Positions 39,601-49,482 of a stretch of DNA of 64,000 bases are shown here, in pieces. The notes under the pieces were generated by a model. That model had not been told where the DNA came from. It was given only the letters and a program-made list of their open reading frames with translations, and ran no database searches. This DNA is from Candidatus Latescibacterota bacterium (lineage in GTDB: Bacteria > Latescibacterota > UBA2968). Each line of letters starts with the position of its first letter. The stretch's first letter is position 1. The DNA lies in the NCBI GenBank assembly GCA_965222605.1, contig OZ244960.1:3232001-3296000 (forward strand), given 5' to 3'. The position numbers were made by a program, and so were the translations under genes.

Positions 39601-41179
39601 CCTTGAGGCCGCGCATGCGATCGTCGGGGTCCAGTTTGTAGTCGGGCAAAAATTCCGCGTCATTGAACGACAAATCCAGCATGCCCGCAAGTACGCGAAT
39701 CTGTTTGGTCAAGTTGGTGTAGTTCACATACTCGGCCTGGTCCAGGGGGGTATCTACCCTGAATCGCGCGTCGTTTACGGTTGTCAATGACAGTGCTGGG
39801 GTGCCGGCATAAAGTACGACTTCGCTATCGCTTTTGACATTTTCGCCGGGGATGTACATATCCCAGGTCATGCCGCCTTTGGGGTTGATGCCATCGACCA
39901 TTACGTCTTTTGACGTCACGCCCATGCCTTTGGCAATGGCGGTTGCATAGCGTATAAAGGATTTGCTAAATGTGGCAAAAAATCGCGTGGAGAAATAATT
40001 GACCGCTGTATTGACCCCAAATCCCGCTGTTTGGGTCGATACGCCCATTTCATCTGTTTGGCTCGAGAGATCCAATCCGATGAACAGGTCGATGTCGATG
40101 GGTTCGGTCATGAGCGCGGCAAAGTGCTCTTCTTTGCGCGAGTGCCGGTTCAGAAAGTCGCAAATCCCTCGGAATCCCAGGTGGTGTGCCGAAGATGCGA
40201 GGAAGAGTACGGTGTATTTGGGGCGGTGCGCTTGAAAATACTCGGCCAGACGCATGAGTCCGACGATACCACACGCCATTTCAGCGCCGGGTGCCTGTGC
40301 GGGTACGACAGACATGGCGTCGTAGTAGGCGTTGATGACCACAACTTTTTTGCTCATTACTGGATCCGATCCTTCGATCCAGCCCAATACGTTGGATATG
40401 TCGTTTTTCTTCCAGGGCATCCGGGATTCGAGTTGGACTTCTATTTCGCCCTGGTCTGATAGGAGAGCGCGCAATTTTTTTCCGTGTTCGCGGTCGATCC
40501 AGAATCGCTCTACGCTGTTGGGCACTTGCAAAAATTTGGTTTCGGCCTGTGTATAAGATGTGGTGTCTGGCGCAATAAAAATGATTTGTTGCGCGCCCAG
40601 GACAGCGGCGTCGAGCCATCTGTTCCAGGTGTTAAAGTTCAGAAGGACGACGGTGTTTTCCACGTCTTTGCCGTCGTATGCCTTAAATTCGCCGTCGCCT
40701 CCGTCGATCAGACGCGTTCGCACACCGCCCGGTGGCAATGTGGAGGTTTTGACCAGGTTGGGCCATAGTCCGGAGAGCGGAAAGACTTCGCCGGATGAGA
40801 CGATTGTCAATTGGCTGCCTTCATCGACGGGTGAGGTCACGCCGTAGGTTTCTGTTTCTACGTTTTTTAAGCCGAGTGCGCGGAAGCGTTGTTCGATAAA
40901 TTGCGCGGCGGCATCGTGACCCGGGTAGCCCGGTACGCGGGATTTATATTGGGTAAAGGTCGCCATTAATGCGCGCACCTCTGCTTCTGTGATTTCGCGT
41001 TTGACGCGATCAGCGACGACTTCGGCACCCGGAACAGGTGCTGGTTCTACGGGTTCGGGGGTTTGCAATCCCAGTGTTTTTTGTAGCAATGGATTGACCG
41101 TATCAGGTCCCAAAATAACTGCGCCAAACCCAAATACGACAACCCCGAGCAATGCGAACCAACCGATGCGACGATACAT
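36653..41179 (-). CDS. Large membrane protein: M28/PA peptidase-like ectodomain plus FtsX/MacB-type permease
   Basis: SRVPGYPG, PA-like region, NVLG..INAYYD..PGA; TM bundle; MacB-like periplasmic segment (AGRWF); NTMMGSVYERFREIGIYSSVGL FtsX motif; AAAGGA RBS before ATG 41179. Confidence 0.85.
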   Translation of the reverse strand: MYRRIGWFALLGVVVFGFGAVILGPDTVNPLLQKTLGLQTPEPVEPAPVPGAEVVADRVKREITEAEVRALMATFTQYKSRVPGYPGHDAAAQFIEQRFRALGLKNVETETYGVTSPVDEGSQLTIVSSGEVFPLSGLWPNLVKTSTLPPGGVRTRLIDGGDGEFKAYDGKDVENTVVLLNFNTWNRWLDAAVLGAQQIIFIAPDTTSYTQAETKFLQVPNSVERFWIDREHGKKLRALLSDQGEIEVQLESRMPWKKNDISNVLGWIEGSDPVMSKKVVVINAYYDAMSVVPAQAPGAEMACGIVGLMRLAEYFQAHRPKYTVLFLASSAHHLGFRGICDFLNRHSRKEEHFAALMTEPIDIDLFIGLDLSSQTDEMGVSTQTAGFGVNTAVNYFSTRFFATFSKSFIRYATAIAKGMGVTSKDVMVDGINPKGGMTWDMYIPGENVKSDSEVVLYAGTPALSLTTVNDARFRVDTPLDQAEYVNYTNLTKQIRVLAGMLDLSFNDAEFLPDYKLDPDDRMRGLKGFVRTFPRRSITPDKSRPDAIAAMRMGLEKSVKGVRRIYYDLADENGEYYIPGVAERRVHVRAYYIDPHSGEITYAPNQGRQGKIYSGHFNMNWWITKQTVILFPCVATDFYGTVDPRYLNTLSNISVYGAGNTAPQEYGYDIGFGPDEPVGVVYTSPGEKVKIAMRAGAIGVRYLLLNSKSADTEWDARGEGFQTLSSGSLIRTPYQAARDMWMLNESRMRKLRQYSIENQRLEILHAQAKQHLDEAETAMQEKQWDAFVKHTRAGMGIESRAYPDVKTTQNDVIRGVIFFMLLVIPCAFFLERLIFTFSDIRLQIGGIGIVFVVIWIFLSQVHPAFDLSNPFVILLAFVILALAIFVISILSSRFSENIRRLRSAEVLLHETDVGRISASVAAFQLGIANMKKRKLRTWLTFVTLVLLTFTVLSFTSIKSALEFHQLQRDAEGAYPGVLIRSKFWGPLEDTAYDYARINFKDRGTVTPRSWYVATREDKKSKAVVHYKKGNSRVQGILGAAPEETQVTQIDTLLRAGRWFQPGESACILPDQMAETLGITEQEVGKAYIRLFGKQLTVIGLISSEKMRLFVDLDEEPLTPADFQVTEDEFITVMSQTETRERQGLERPEVETMPFEHLDPDDILIVPYALLRDVGSPLQSVAVRFHEEVDVEAEIKSFLSRLSVVLFAGIPTADGGIRVAVYSSLGNTSLQGMANLFIPILVAALIVLNTMMGSVYERFREIGIYSSVGLAPVHIAFLFIAEACVYAVLGTVGGYLLGQSVVKVLLWQDALQGLTVNYSALSTVTSSMLVMLVVLLSSIYPARQASMMAVPDVTRRWKFPDPQGDQWHFEFPFTVGGKDVFGLSVFLVDYFQAHAGESLGTFYTDGARLGSVETATGQGHTIDTTIWLAPFDLGVSQQVHFEAIPTGEHNIFAMTLTIDRLSGDASSWRRVNKNFMNALRKQFLIWRTVAPEDKAQYTEKGQMMLAGATV

Positions 41180-41431
41180 GGGGGTCCTTTCAAAGATGCG
41201 ATATGTCGTGTAATCCAAAACTCAAATACTATCATGCACAAAAAGACAGATTGTTCCAAATAAAATTAAGGCTACTAAACTTTACAAAAAAGGCAGGCCA
41301 GGTCGCGCTTTAATGATCCGTGCGAACAAGTCTGCCTTCGACTATTTGCCAAAATCTGATTGCTAATTGGGACTATTTACAGGAGTCTGAGATTATTCCT
41401 CGAAACCCGGCTTCTGATTTTAGTATGCCAC

Positions 41432-41833
41432 CTATGGCACCATTGTGGATATAGCTGCAGTTTGTGGTTCTGTATCGATGTTGTCATCTGAAAAGCTGAT
41501 AACGTTAAAGGTTTCTGGATTAAATTCTGATTCTCGGCGAACTAACTCGCTGAATGAGACAAATTGAACAAGTAGTCCCACATCAAATGCAGCACAAAGT
41601 TTGTGCAATATTTGTACTGATGGTGGGCCACTATCAGGGTCTTCCAATTCGGCTATTTGGCTCTCGGGAATGCCACTGTACTTTGCAAGATCCTTTTGTG
41701 TCCACCCTCTCGCCCTCCGAAGAGCGCGGATTTGGAAAGGAACCTCAATATCAAACTGCCCCTCGACATAACCTTTCCGATATTCCTTATCTTGTAATTC
41801 TTCCCAAAGTTCAGAGCTTGAATTCAAGTTCAT
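41432..41833 (-). CDS. XRE-family HTH protein (probable antitoxin)
   Basis: LQDKEYR, FQIRALRRARGWTQKDLA and AFDVGLLVQFVSFS. Confidence 0.8.
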   Translation of the reverse strand: MNLNSSSELWEELQDKEYRKGYVEGQFDIEVPFQIRALRRARGWTQKDLAKYSGIPESQIAELEDPDSGPPSVQILHKLCAAFDVGLLVQFVSFSELVRRESEFNPETFNVISFSDDNIDTEPQTAAISTMVP

Positions 41834-42176
41834 GAGCTTCTCCTCTTTGTATTTCGGAGTGACGTGTTACCGCCGTCTTATATGCGTTTGGTGGTTTATA
41901 TATGTTGCCTTTATGGGTAAAACCACACAAAAATGTTATCTGCCTTAACGATGGAAAGTAACAGAATATTCGATGTGGTACACGGTGTTCACCGGGCCAA
42001 CGCGCTTCGTGCAATGCTTGAAATTTGTCAAAGTAAGGTCTTTGGAGTTGAGTAAGTTGTTTTACAATACGCAAAAACCGTTTAAGACGCGATCTGTTGT
42101 TCGGAGATAATCTCTGATACCAGTCAGTTACAGGGAGCCGACCATTTTTACTTTGATATTCTTGGAAATACCACAC
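41811..42176 (-). CDS. RelE/ParE-like toxin
   Basis: YQSKNGRLPVTDWY, LHEARW, HRIFCY and LCGFTHK; overlaps the downstream HTH gene. Confidence 0.72.
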   Translation of the reverse strand: MWYFQEYQSKNGRLPVTDWYQRLSPNNRSRLKRFLRIVKQLTQLQRPYFDKFQALHEARWPGEHRVPHRIFCYFPSLRQITFLCGFTHKGNIYKPPNAYKTAVTRHSEIQRGEAHELEFKL

Positions 42177-42330
42177 ATCTACCCCACTTCACAGGCCCTA
42201 CGCAGGTGTACAAAGTAAATTAAACGATGACGAGATGAAATAAATTAGCAAAGCGCATATCTGAAAGCAAGGGAATAAATTTTGACAGGACATAGCTACA
42301 TTTGCGAACAGAGAAATGGATAGTTTTTAA

Positions 42331-44676
42331 TTATTGTTCCATAATTCTTTCTATGGCCTTTTGGTATCTATCTGAAAGAGTCTCTTCCTCTCGCTTTGTT
42401 ACTCGTTCATTGATTTCATTTTTGTTTAAAATAAACAGTGCCTCTTGAGAGCTTGTTTGCTGGCTTATCAAATCATGAACCACAACTTCAATCTGATAGA
42501 GACCCGGTTTTAATTTTTCTGTATCCAATTCAATATATACCGGCTCTGTGGTGCTGTTTCCATTATAGTCAGAACTAATCGAGATCTCTGGCTTTTTGTC
42601 GGTAACTAATTTGCCCAGGAAATATGATATGCTGCCCAATAGACTGGCATTTTTTCGTACATCTTCCCATATCGTGTATTTAATGCGGAATTTCGTTTGA
42701 CCAAATGCATCTTTTTGCAAATTGTAGATTTCGTAATAGATATTAACTGCCTGATTTCTGAGATAATTTCGCGTGGGCATGGGAATGACCCAAACATCGC
42801 CCTTTTGAAACTTGTATGATTGGGGTTCGGTGAAAATGTGCCAGGCCATTTCAATATCGCTTATGCTCAGTGAATCAACAGCATAATTTGGGATGTGAAT
42901 TTGCTGTTGAAAGAACCCCCATTTTCCAGAATTTTGGTCCGTGAGATGAATGATGAGTCGATAGTCTCCCGATGAAGCTTTGAGAGACATGGCATCAATC
43001 GCGATACCGGATTGCATATTTGACAAAGATACCGTCTGTTGAGAGCTGTTGATGACAACACCTTCCTCATTCACAAGAGATGCCGTCCAGTTAACAAGTG
43101 CAGGGGTTTTTGAGGTGTCATTTGGGGCAAAAATATCCTTTGGCAATAATCCAAGATAAATATTCTGATCTGTTTCGCGGTTCTTTCCCCGGAATGTCGC
43201 CAGGTCATAGTAAAAGTTCAAAATATCAGTGCCGGGTATTCCATTATAAAAATCCGGTGCCTCTTTGGCATGGTGCCCAATAATAACTTGAGGATGGAAA
43301 TCTTGTGCTGCTACTGCCATTTTAGGACTCTTGGGAGGGAGCGGATAATCCCAACCGCCACTCATAAATCGATCCGTAAATACAATTTCTATGCCTTTGC
43401 CAATACCGAGATAAATCCACGATTCCCATGGGACTATGGGCGAACCACCGCGATCGCGATCTATCGGATAAATAGGATCTGTCAGAGCACCTTTACTCTG
43501 CTTGCGCTTCAGTGTGTTCCATTCGGGAACTTGCTCTATGCGCTCAGCCCTTTGAATATTTAAAGCAAGTTCGTAAGCCAATCTTTCCTTCAAAAATTCA
43601 ACAGATAGGGGAGGGACTGTGCCTCCATGATTTCCGCCAAATTTATGATCCGGTTCACCAAATTTGATATACACCTCGCCGCGCCGATCCCAGGGTTGTT
43701 TCCCGTTAAAAAACTGGCGTGCATACCATACTCGTCGATAGTGTTCTATTTTCCTGATATTGGCCTTTACACTCAATAAGGGGTCTCGCTTCTTCCAAAA
43801 TTCATTTATGAACATTCCTCGTTCTTCTTGTTTTAAGCTGCTAAAGATATTTTGTTCTTCGGGCGACATCATAGATGTGATGTTATCGTAATATCTGCGC
43901 TCATCTTCTGGAATCAAACGCAGGAACCGGTGAAATAAATAATCAGCCACCTTTACTTCACCCATGGCTGCGTAGGCTTGAGCCTGAAGCGGTAACCAAT
44001 AGTCTTTGTCCGCGTGACTTGCTGGTAATTGTTCAATAATCTCTAAAACCATCTTATACCGATAGTCCTTTGCGTAATTCAGTGCCATTTGATACAGAAA
44101 GTCCGCATCTTGTGGAACTAACTGAAGATATGACTTAAAATACGCCAGCATTTTCTGTTCGTTTTTTTGTTCGGCATACCATTCTGCAAGTGCCATGTGA
44201 GCAGGTGCATATAAAGAATCATCCTTGACAATGCCTTTTAGAGTTGATACGGCATCGGTACTTTTGTCTTTCATTTGCAGATGTACAATATCCATTTTTA
44301 CTTCTGTCATATTTGGATCTATGGCAAGTGCGCGACGAAGATTATAAAAGGCTTTTTGCAGTTTGCCTTTTTGGTTCGCGTATGTTAAGCCCAATCCGTG
44401 ATACGCTTGTGCTGATTTTGTGTAACGAATGGCTTTTTTAAATGCTTCTTCGGCCTGCTTAAAGTCTTTCTGCTTCAACGTCAGCCAACCCAATTGCATA
44501 TAGGCATCTCCGTCTTTGGAATTATCCTGTAAATGGGATGTAAGAACCTCAATAGAGTCTGTTAACGACTCGAGATTTAATTGGTCATACGCTACATCAG
44601 GCTGATTCTCGATTCCCCACAATATTTGCGGAAATAAGAAGATCCAGAGCAGCAACCAATGGTTCTTTTTTTTCAT
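42331..44676 (-). CDS. TPR- and GWxTD-domain secreted protein
   Basis: Signal peptide; TPR repeats; FWKKRDP...EHYRRVWYA...PWDRRGEVYIKFGEPD; C-terminal SISDIE, YYEIYNL and PGLY Ig-like region. Confidence 0.85.
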   Translation of the reverse strand: MKKKNHWLLLWIFLFPQILWGIENQPDVAYDQLNLESLTDSIEVLTSHLQDNSKDGDAYMQLGWLTLKQKDFKQAEEAFKKAIRYTKSAQAYHGLGLTYANQKGKLQKAFYNLRRALAIDPNMTEVKMDIVHLQMKDKSTDAVSTLKGIVKDDSLYAPAHMALAEWYAEQKNEQKMLAYFKSYLQLVPQDADFLYQMALNYAKDYRYKMVLEIIEQLPASHADKDYWLPLQAQAYAAMGEVKVADYLFHRFLRLIPEDERRYYDNITSMMSPEEQNIFSSLKQEERGMFINEFWKKRDPLLSVKANIRKIEHYRRVWYARQFFNGKQPWDRRGEVYIKFGEPDHKFGGNHGGTVPPLSVEFLKERLAYELALNIQRAERIEQVPEWNTLKRKQSKGALTDPIYPIDRDRGGSPIVPWESWIYLGIGKGIEIVFTDRFMSGGWDYPLPPKSPKMAVAAQDFHPQVIIGHHAKEAPDFYNGIPGTDILNFYYDLATFRGKNRETDQNIYLGLLPKDIFAPNDTSKTPALVNWTASLVNEEGVVINSSQQTVSLSNMQSGIAIDAMSLKASSGDYRLIIHLTDQNSGKWGFFQQQIHIPNYAVDSLSISDIEMAWHIFTEPQSYKFQKGDVWVIPMPTRNYLRNQAVNIYYEIYNLQKDAFGQTKFRIKYTIWEDVRKNASLLGSISYFLGKLVTDKKPEISISSDYNGNSTTEPVYIELDTEKLKPGLYQIEVVVHDLISQQTSSQEALFILNKNEINERVTKREEETLSDRYQKAIERIMEQ

Positions 44677-44757
44677 TATGTACCTCCTATTGGCACATGT
44701 TGAACAATCAAACTCAGGTCATTACCTTTATACAGTTTTATACAGCAATAGTTTCGA

Positions 44758-46743
44758 TCAATACCATTTATGAACCGTATGTCCGCGGGGCATGAACCAT
44801 AGCGCATCTACAATGAGGCCCAGTGCGGTTGATAAGATGTATGCCACGAGCATGCCGACAAAAAACGGCTTTGAGCGGCGGTAAAAGGGCGCTCCGCCAA
44901 TGCGCAATAATGTGAATTTGATCAGCCAGGCGGCAAAGATGGTGAAGCTGGTGAGGCGGGCGAGCATGGTGCCCGATAGGGCGAGTCCGATGGGGTGCAG
45001 GGGCCACGATGTGAATTGGTATCGCAAGAATAGCAGGGCGTACATGGCGAGTGCCCCGATAAGAAAGAACCAGTAGTCGATCACTTCCATCGGTTGCGGC
45101 GATACGATTGCGTTGACGGAATTTTGATATCCGCCTACGCCAGCGCGAATGATGAGCCAGTTTGGCGAGAAATTATACCCGCCAATGCGATAGCCCAGCC
45201 ATATTGTAAATAGGGTGGATGAGACGATACCGACTACAAAAGCCACGCAGAGGCCGCCAAAGAGGGGGCGTTTGTTGCCGGGGATGAAGTCGGATAGGCG
45301 GTTGAGGTGCGTACCCACGGAAAAGGTAAATCCGCGAAAGTGATTGATGGCAACAGATGCGGGATAGAGCATGGCGTGTGTTGCTGCGGGAATGGCGCGG
45401 GCGCCGCCCATGAGCGCGGTTGTCAGGGACCAGGCCGAGGCCGGCGCATTGACGTAAATAAGTCCAGAATCGGCCAGGATTTTTGATACAGCGCCGTATG
45501 TCAAGAACATGGTTGGCAACAGGATGGCGATGACTTTCCACGCAATGCCCGATGCCGACAACCAGACCAGTGCGTAGGCGATTGAAACGGCGAGGCCGCA
45601 AAAGGCCGCGCGATAGGACATGAGTTCGCGGCTGTCGTCTATGTGCTCGCTTTTTGGATAAAGGGCTTTTTGAAATGCCTCTTTTAGATGTGCCCGCGCA
45701 ATCCATACCCACCACAGAGATAGGGCGACAAATGCGCCTGTTGTTTGCCAGGAATAGCGTTTGGTGGCATAGTAGCGGTGAAAGGCCGGTACGCCCAGTT
45801 GATCGAGAATGCCGGATTCTACGGTGAACATGAGATCGAAGAGCCACAGGCTGAGCAATACTTCCAGGCTCGCAAAATACGAAAAGCATATTCCGACGGT
45901 GCTTACGAATACCCACTGCGGCGGAAAGTTCCGGCCTATGGGTACCCAGGTGCCACCAGCGGTTGGAAATCTTGGCAGCGCGGGATGAAACCACGCGATG
46001 ATGTTCCAGACGAATATCACGCCTACCACGCCAAATCCGGTCCAGAACATCCGACCTTGCATAAATTCGGGCAAATAGGTCCGCCCGGTGCCGGGCTGTG
46101 TGGTCAGTTCAACGATGGGTTCCATCGCGGGATAGACCAGTTTTTCGTATTCTGCCCATTGTTTGCGCATGATGACCGAGGCACAAAAGCAGGCGAGTGC
46201 CACTGCACATATAAAGGTGAACCACCAGAAGAGCGGTCCGATCCAGACGGACCAGGGCACGGGCGCACCGGCGGGCAAGCCATCGTAAAACCAGTTCATT
46301 GCGCCGTCGCGATTGGATGGGATAATCCAATCGGGCAGGTACGGATGCAAAAACTCTGCCCATCGGTTTTCGGGTGTGGAAAAATAGTAGGGGGTTACGA
46401 TGACGCCGACGAGATATCCGCTTACGCCATAAGTGGGACCGAGGGAGCTGATAAAGCCCATTGAAAAGATTACGAGCCATTCGCTCGGTGAAAAGGCAAA
46501 GGGTTTGCCAAACCACCGCGCGAGCACACTGCAGACAATCAGACACAATAGTGTGAGCATCAGATTGCCCATGGGCATGTGGCTGTAGGCCATGAAGGAG
46601 CTGTGCAAGATATATCGCACGACTGTTGCCAGTGCGCTGATTGCTATGACCAGCACAAGCCCAAAGATCAGTGATCGGACTGTGACCCCTTTGTTCGCAT
46701 GATCTGGCGAATCTGCGATTGGATATGTTTGTTCTGCGCTCAT
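44758..46743 (-). CDS. DUF6785/DUF6784-like polytopic membrane protein (OPT-like)
   Basis: GVTVRSL, PYYFSTPENRW, VPWSVWIGP..WW, RKQWAEYEKL.YP, WPLHPIG and GG..YRR.KPFF.G. Confidence 0.8.
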   Translation of the reverse strand: MSAEQTYPIADSPDHANKGVTVRSLIFGLVLVIAISALATVVRYILHSSFMAYSHMPMGNLMLTLLCLIVCSVLARWFGKPFAFSPSEWLVIFSMGFISSLGPTYGVSGYLVGVIVTPYYFSTPENRWAEFLHPYLPDWIIPSNRDGAMNWFYDGLPAGAPVPWSVWIGPLFWWFTFICAVALACFCASVIMRKQWAEYEKLVYPAMEPIVELTTQPGTGRTYLPEFMQGRMFWTGFGVVGVIFVWNIIAWFHPALPRFPTAGGTWVPIGRNFPPQWVFVSTVGICFSYFASLEVLLSLWLFDLMFTVESGILDQLGVPAFHRYYATKRYSWQTTGAFVALSLWWVWIARAHLKEAFQKALYPKSEHIDDSRELMSYRAAFCGLAVSIAYALVWLSASGIAWKVIAILLPTMFLTYGAVSKILADSGLIYVNAPASAWSLTTALMGGARAIPAATHAMLYPASVAINHFRGFTFSVGTHLNRLSDFIPGNKRPLFGGLCVAFVVGIVSSTLFTIWLGYRIGGYNFSPNWLIIRAGVGGYQNSVNAIVSPQPMEVIDYWFFLIGALAMYALLFLRYQFTSWPLHPIGLALSGTMLARLTSFTIFAAWLIKFTLLRIGGAPFYRRSKPFFVGMLVAYILSTALGLIVDALWFMPRGHTVHKWY

Positions 46744-47101
46744 AAGGGGCTGGGAACAGGAACCACCGAACAGATACTGTCATGAGCAACCAATGATAGC
46801 ATAGTTACCCCGGCAATCCCGCGATCAGTTCCCTGGATGTCAATGAGTAGTGTCCGAACATTTCGAGAAAAAGCACGGCGCCCCGCGTCTGTCCGAGGTT
46901 TTCGTGCGTTTCAAAAGATTCCATTCCCGTGCGGTTTTCACTTTACCATTGTTTTTTTAGAGCGGTAAATTTTCGTGGCTTATCACCGCTATGTGTGACT
47001 ATATTAGCCCAACTCAATCGCAAAGTTACGTGACATATTTTGAAATACAAGAAAATTTGGGCTTGCTTCAAACGCAAAAAAGTCCATTCCTCGAAAATAC
47101 T

Positions 47102-49090
47102 ATGGCCCTTCCCAAAACTCTGTCTCCCATATCTGAAGATGCCCAAAGAAAAGAGGCGCGCATTACGCCTCGCAGTATCGCGTTGGGGCTTCTGATTTCA
47201 TGTTTGGCGAGTGCATGGGTGACGTATTCTCGCACGGCTGCCAATACTTCTGCCGTCAATATTACGCATCTTCCGGTTTCCATTTTTGCCATTTTTCTGT
47301 GTGTTTTTATCGCTAATACGCTCTTGAAAATTCGGTTTGGTAGGCAGGGGCTGGCTTCTCGAGAATTGGCTGTTATTTTCGCGATGGGCCTGATCGGTGC
47401 GATTATTCCCGCGCGTGGGCTAACCGGTGTCTGGCTGGGGCTGATGGCCGCGCCTCATTATCTGGCAACGCCGGAGAACGGATGGATTGGCAATGTTCAG
47501 CCCTATCTTCCGTCCTATCTTTTTCCCTCCAATGAACACGGCCAGACCACGTTTCTGTACGAGGGGCTACCATCGGGTGTGCCCATTCCGTGGGAGGTCT
47601 GGGTGGGTCCGGTTTTCTGGTGGGTTACGCTTATTTTGGCCGGGTTTGTGGTGTGTTTTTGTCTGGTGGTTATTCTTCGCAAGCAATGGGTTGAGAGCGA
47701 GCGTCTGGATTATCCCTTGCTCGCGCCTGTTCTCGAGATGGTTGCCGAAACACGCGATTCTTCGGGACGAAGCGGCTGGCCGGTCCTGTTTCGGGGGTAT
47801 CTTTTTTGGATTGGTTTTGGTCTGGCTTTTGGGATTATTGGCTGGAATATTATTACTTATTTTTCCACCACGGTTCCTCGCATTAGCATGAGTCCCAATG
47901 CCGGGCTTTTTTATTTTGCGCGCCTTTTTCCACCGCTGTTGACACATATTAATACTTATACGATCGGTTTCGGATATTTTGTCAATCTCGAAATTCTTTT
48001 TTCGATATGGTTTTTCCACTTTGTGCTGATGGGCGAAATTGCTCTTATCCGAAAAACCGGTTTTCAGTTTGGACGCATGCACCAGAAGGGCGGTGGATGG
48101 GGTGATCCCCTGGTGCAGTGGCAGTGCATGGGCGCGCTTTTTGTGTTTGTGGCGTGGGGTCTCTGGACAGCGCGACGGCATTTGAAGGCGGTTTTTCGGA
48201 AGGCATGGAACGACGATCCCGATGTGGATGACGCGGATGAACTTCTTTCTTATCGCACCGCGGTGATCGGCTTGATTGTCGGCATTGTCTATATCATTGC
48301 CTGGCTTCTGAAGGCGGGGGTCGCGCCGGGTCTCCTAATGATCACCATTCCGGCTGCTATTGTGATCTATCTCGCTCTTGCACGCTTTGTGTGCGAGTCG
48401 GGTACGCTGTACCTGGGTATTCCCACGACGCCTCTCGATATGGGATTTCAACTCATCGGCACTGTTACCATTGATCCGAGGACGATTGCCGTGGGTTCTA
48501 CTGCCCACGCGCTGCGCTGGATGCTGTTTATGCCGGCTCTGTCGCAGTGTGCCAAAGTTTTTGACCGCGTGCCGGGCAATAAGCGCGTGCTTTTTTGGGT
48601 GTTGCTTTTGGGGTTGGGCGGTGCGCTGGTGGTCAATATTTCGATGGTGCTCTATCTGGGCTATACACACGGGGCGTACAATTTTACGGAGTATCCTTTT
48701 ACGCGGTACGCACCTCGTCTTTACGACGCTGTTGTGAACAACATCAAATCTCCAGAACCAGCGTCATGGGAGCGGGTAGTGCTGTTCGGCTTGGGGGGCC
48801 TCATTTTTGCGATTCTCACTGCTCTTCGGTATCGTCTGCCCTGGTGGCCTATCCATCCCGTGGGTTTTATTATTACGACGACCAGTATCCTCCACGAAAT
48901 TACGTCTCTTATTATTGTCTGGCTGTTCAAAGCTATTGTCACCCGGGTGGGCGGTGTATCTCTCTACCAGAAGTACCGTCCGCTCTTTTTTGGTATTATT
49001 GCGGGCAGGGCCACGGGTGTGCTCATTTCGTTTATTGTCGATTTGATCTGGTTCCCCGGCGGGGGTCACGGGGTACACGGTTGGGCGTGA
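47102..49090 (+). CDS. DUF6785/DUF6784-like polytopic membrane protein (divergent paralogue)
   Basis: PHYLATPENGW, IPWEVWVGP..WW, RKQWVESERL.YP, WWPIHPVG and GG..YQKYRPLF.G. Confidence 0.8.
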   Translation: MALPKTLSPISEDAQRKEARITPRSIALGLLISCLASAWVTYSRTAANTSAVNITHLPVSIFAIFLCVFIANTLLKIRFGRQGLASRELAVIFAMGLIGAIIPARGLTGVWLGLMAAPHYLATPENGWIGNVQPYLPSYLFPSNEHGQTTFLYEGLPSGVPIPWEVWVGPVFWWVTLILAGFVVCFCLVVILRKQWVESERLDYPLLAPVLEMVAETRDSSGRSGWPVLFRGYLFWIGFGLAFGIIGWNIITYFSTTVPRISMSPNAGLFYFARLFPPLLTHINTYTIGFGYFVNLEILFSIWFFHFVLMGEIALIRKTGFQFGRMHQKGGGWGDPLVQWQCMGALFVFVAWGLWTARRHLKAVFRKAWNDDPDVDDADELLSYRTAVIGLIVGIVYIIAWLLKAGVAPGLLMITIPAAIVIYLALARFVCESGTLYLGIPTTPLDMGFQLIGTVTIDPRTIAVGSTAHALRWMLFMPALSQCAKVFDRVPGNKRVLFWVLLLGLGGALVVNISMVLYLGYTHGAYNFTEYPFTRYAPRLYDAVVNNIKSPEPASWERVVLFGLGGLIFAILTALRYRLPWWPIHPVGFIITTTSILHEITSLIIVWLFKAIVTRVGGVSLYQKYRPLFFGIIAGRATGVLISFIVDLIWFPGGGHGVHGWA

Positions 49091-49299
49091 TGGGGTGTGC
49101 GGACATATCTAACTCTGGCTGTCTTTATATTACAATTGGCGATGATTATGAATAGCGTATGGGGGCTGCTAATCCGAGCCATTTCACACATCAAGGCCGT
49201 GTGGGCTTGAATTATGCACACCCCTCATTTATATGATTGTCTTTTGAGGAATTTAATCTATATTTCTTCACAAAAGCAATGGGATCCCGGAGAAAGCAC

Positions 49300-49482
49300 A
49301 TGATACAAAAAGTCGTTCAAAAACGAAATCTGACAACGCATTCTCAGGCAAAAGAAGATCTGGCCTATTGGCTGAGTCGGCCCGCAGAAGAGCGGGTTTT
49401 GGCTGTAGAATATCTCAGGCGACAACACCATGGGAGTACAGGAAGACTTCAAAGAGTTGCTCGCATTATTAAACGCGCATGA
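49300..49482 (+). CDS. Small partner protein of a nucleotidyltransferase (putative antitoxin)
   Basis: GGAG RBS; DLAYWLSRPAEERVLAVEYLR...RLQRV pattern; overlaps the next gene. Confidence 0.65.
   Translation: MIQKVVQKRNLTTHSQAKEDLAYWLSRPAEERVLAVEYLRRQHHGSTGRLQRVARIIKRA

Noticed and set aside
46744-47101. Structured ncRNA between the divergent DUF6785-like genes
   Set aside because: No convincing long stems or known motif by eye; an Infernal/Rfam scan would be needed.
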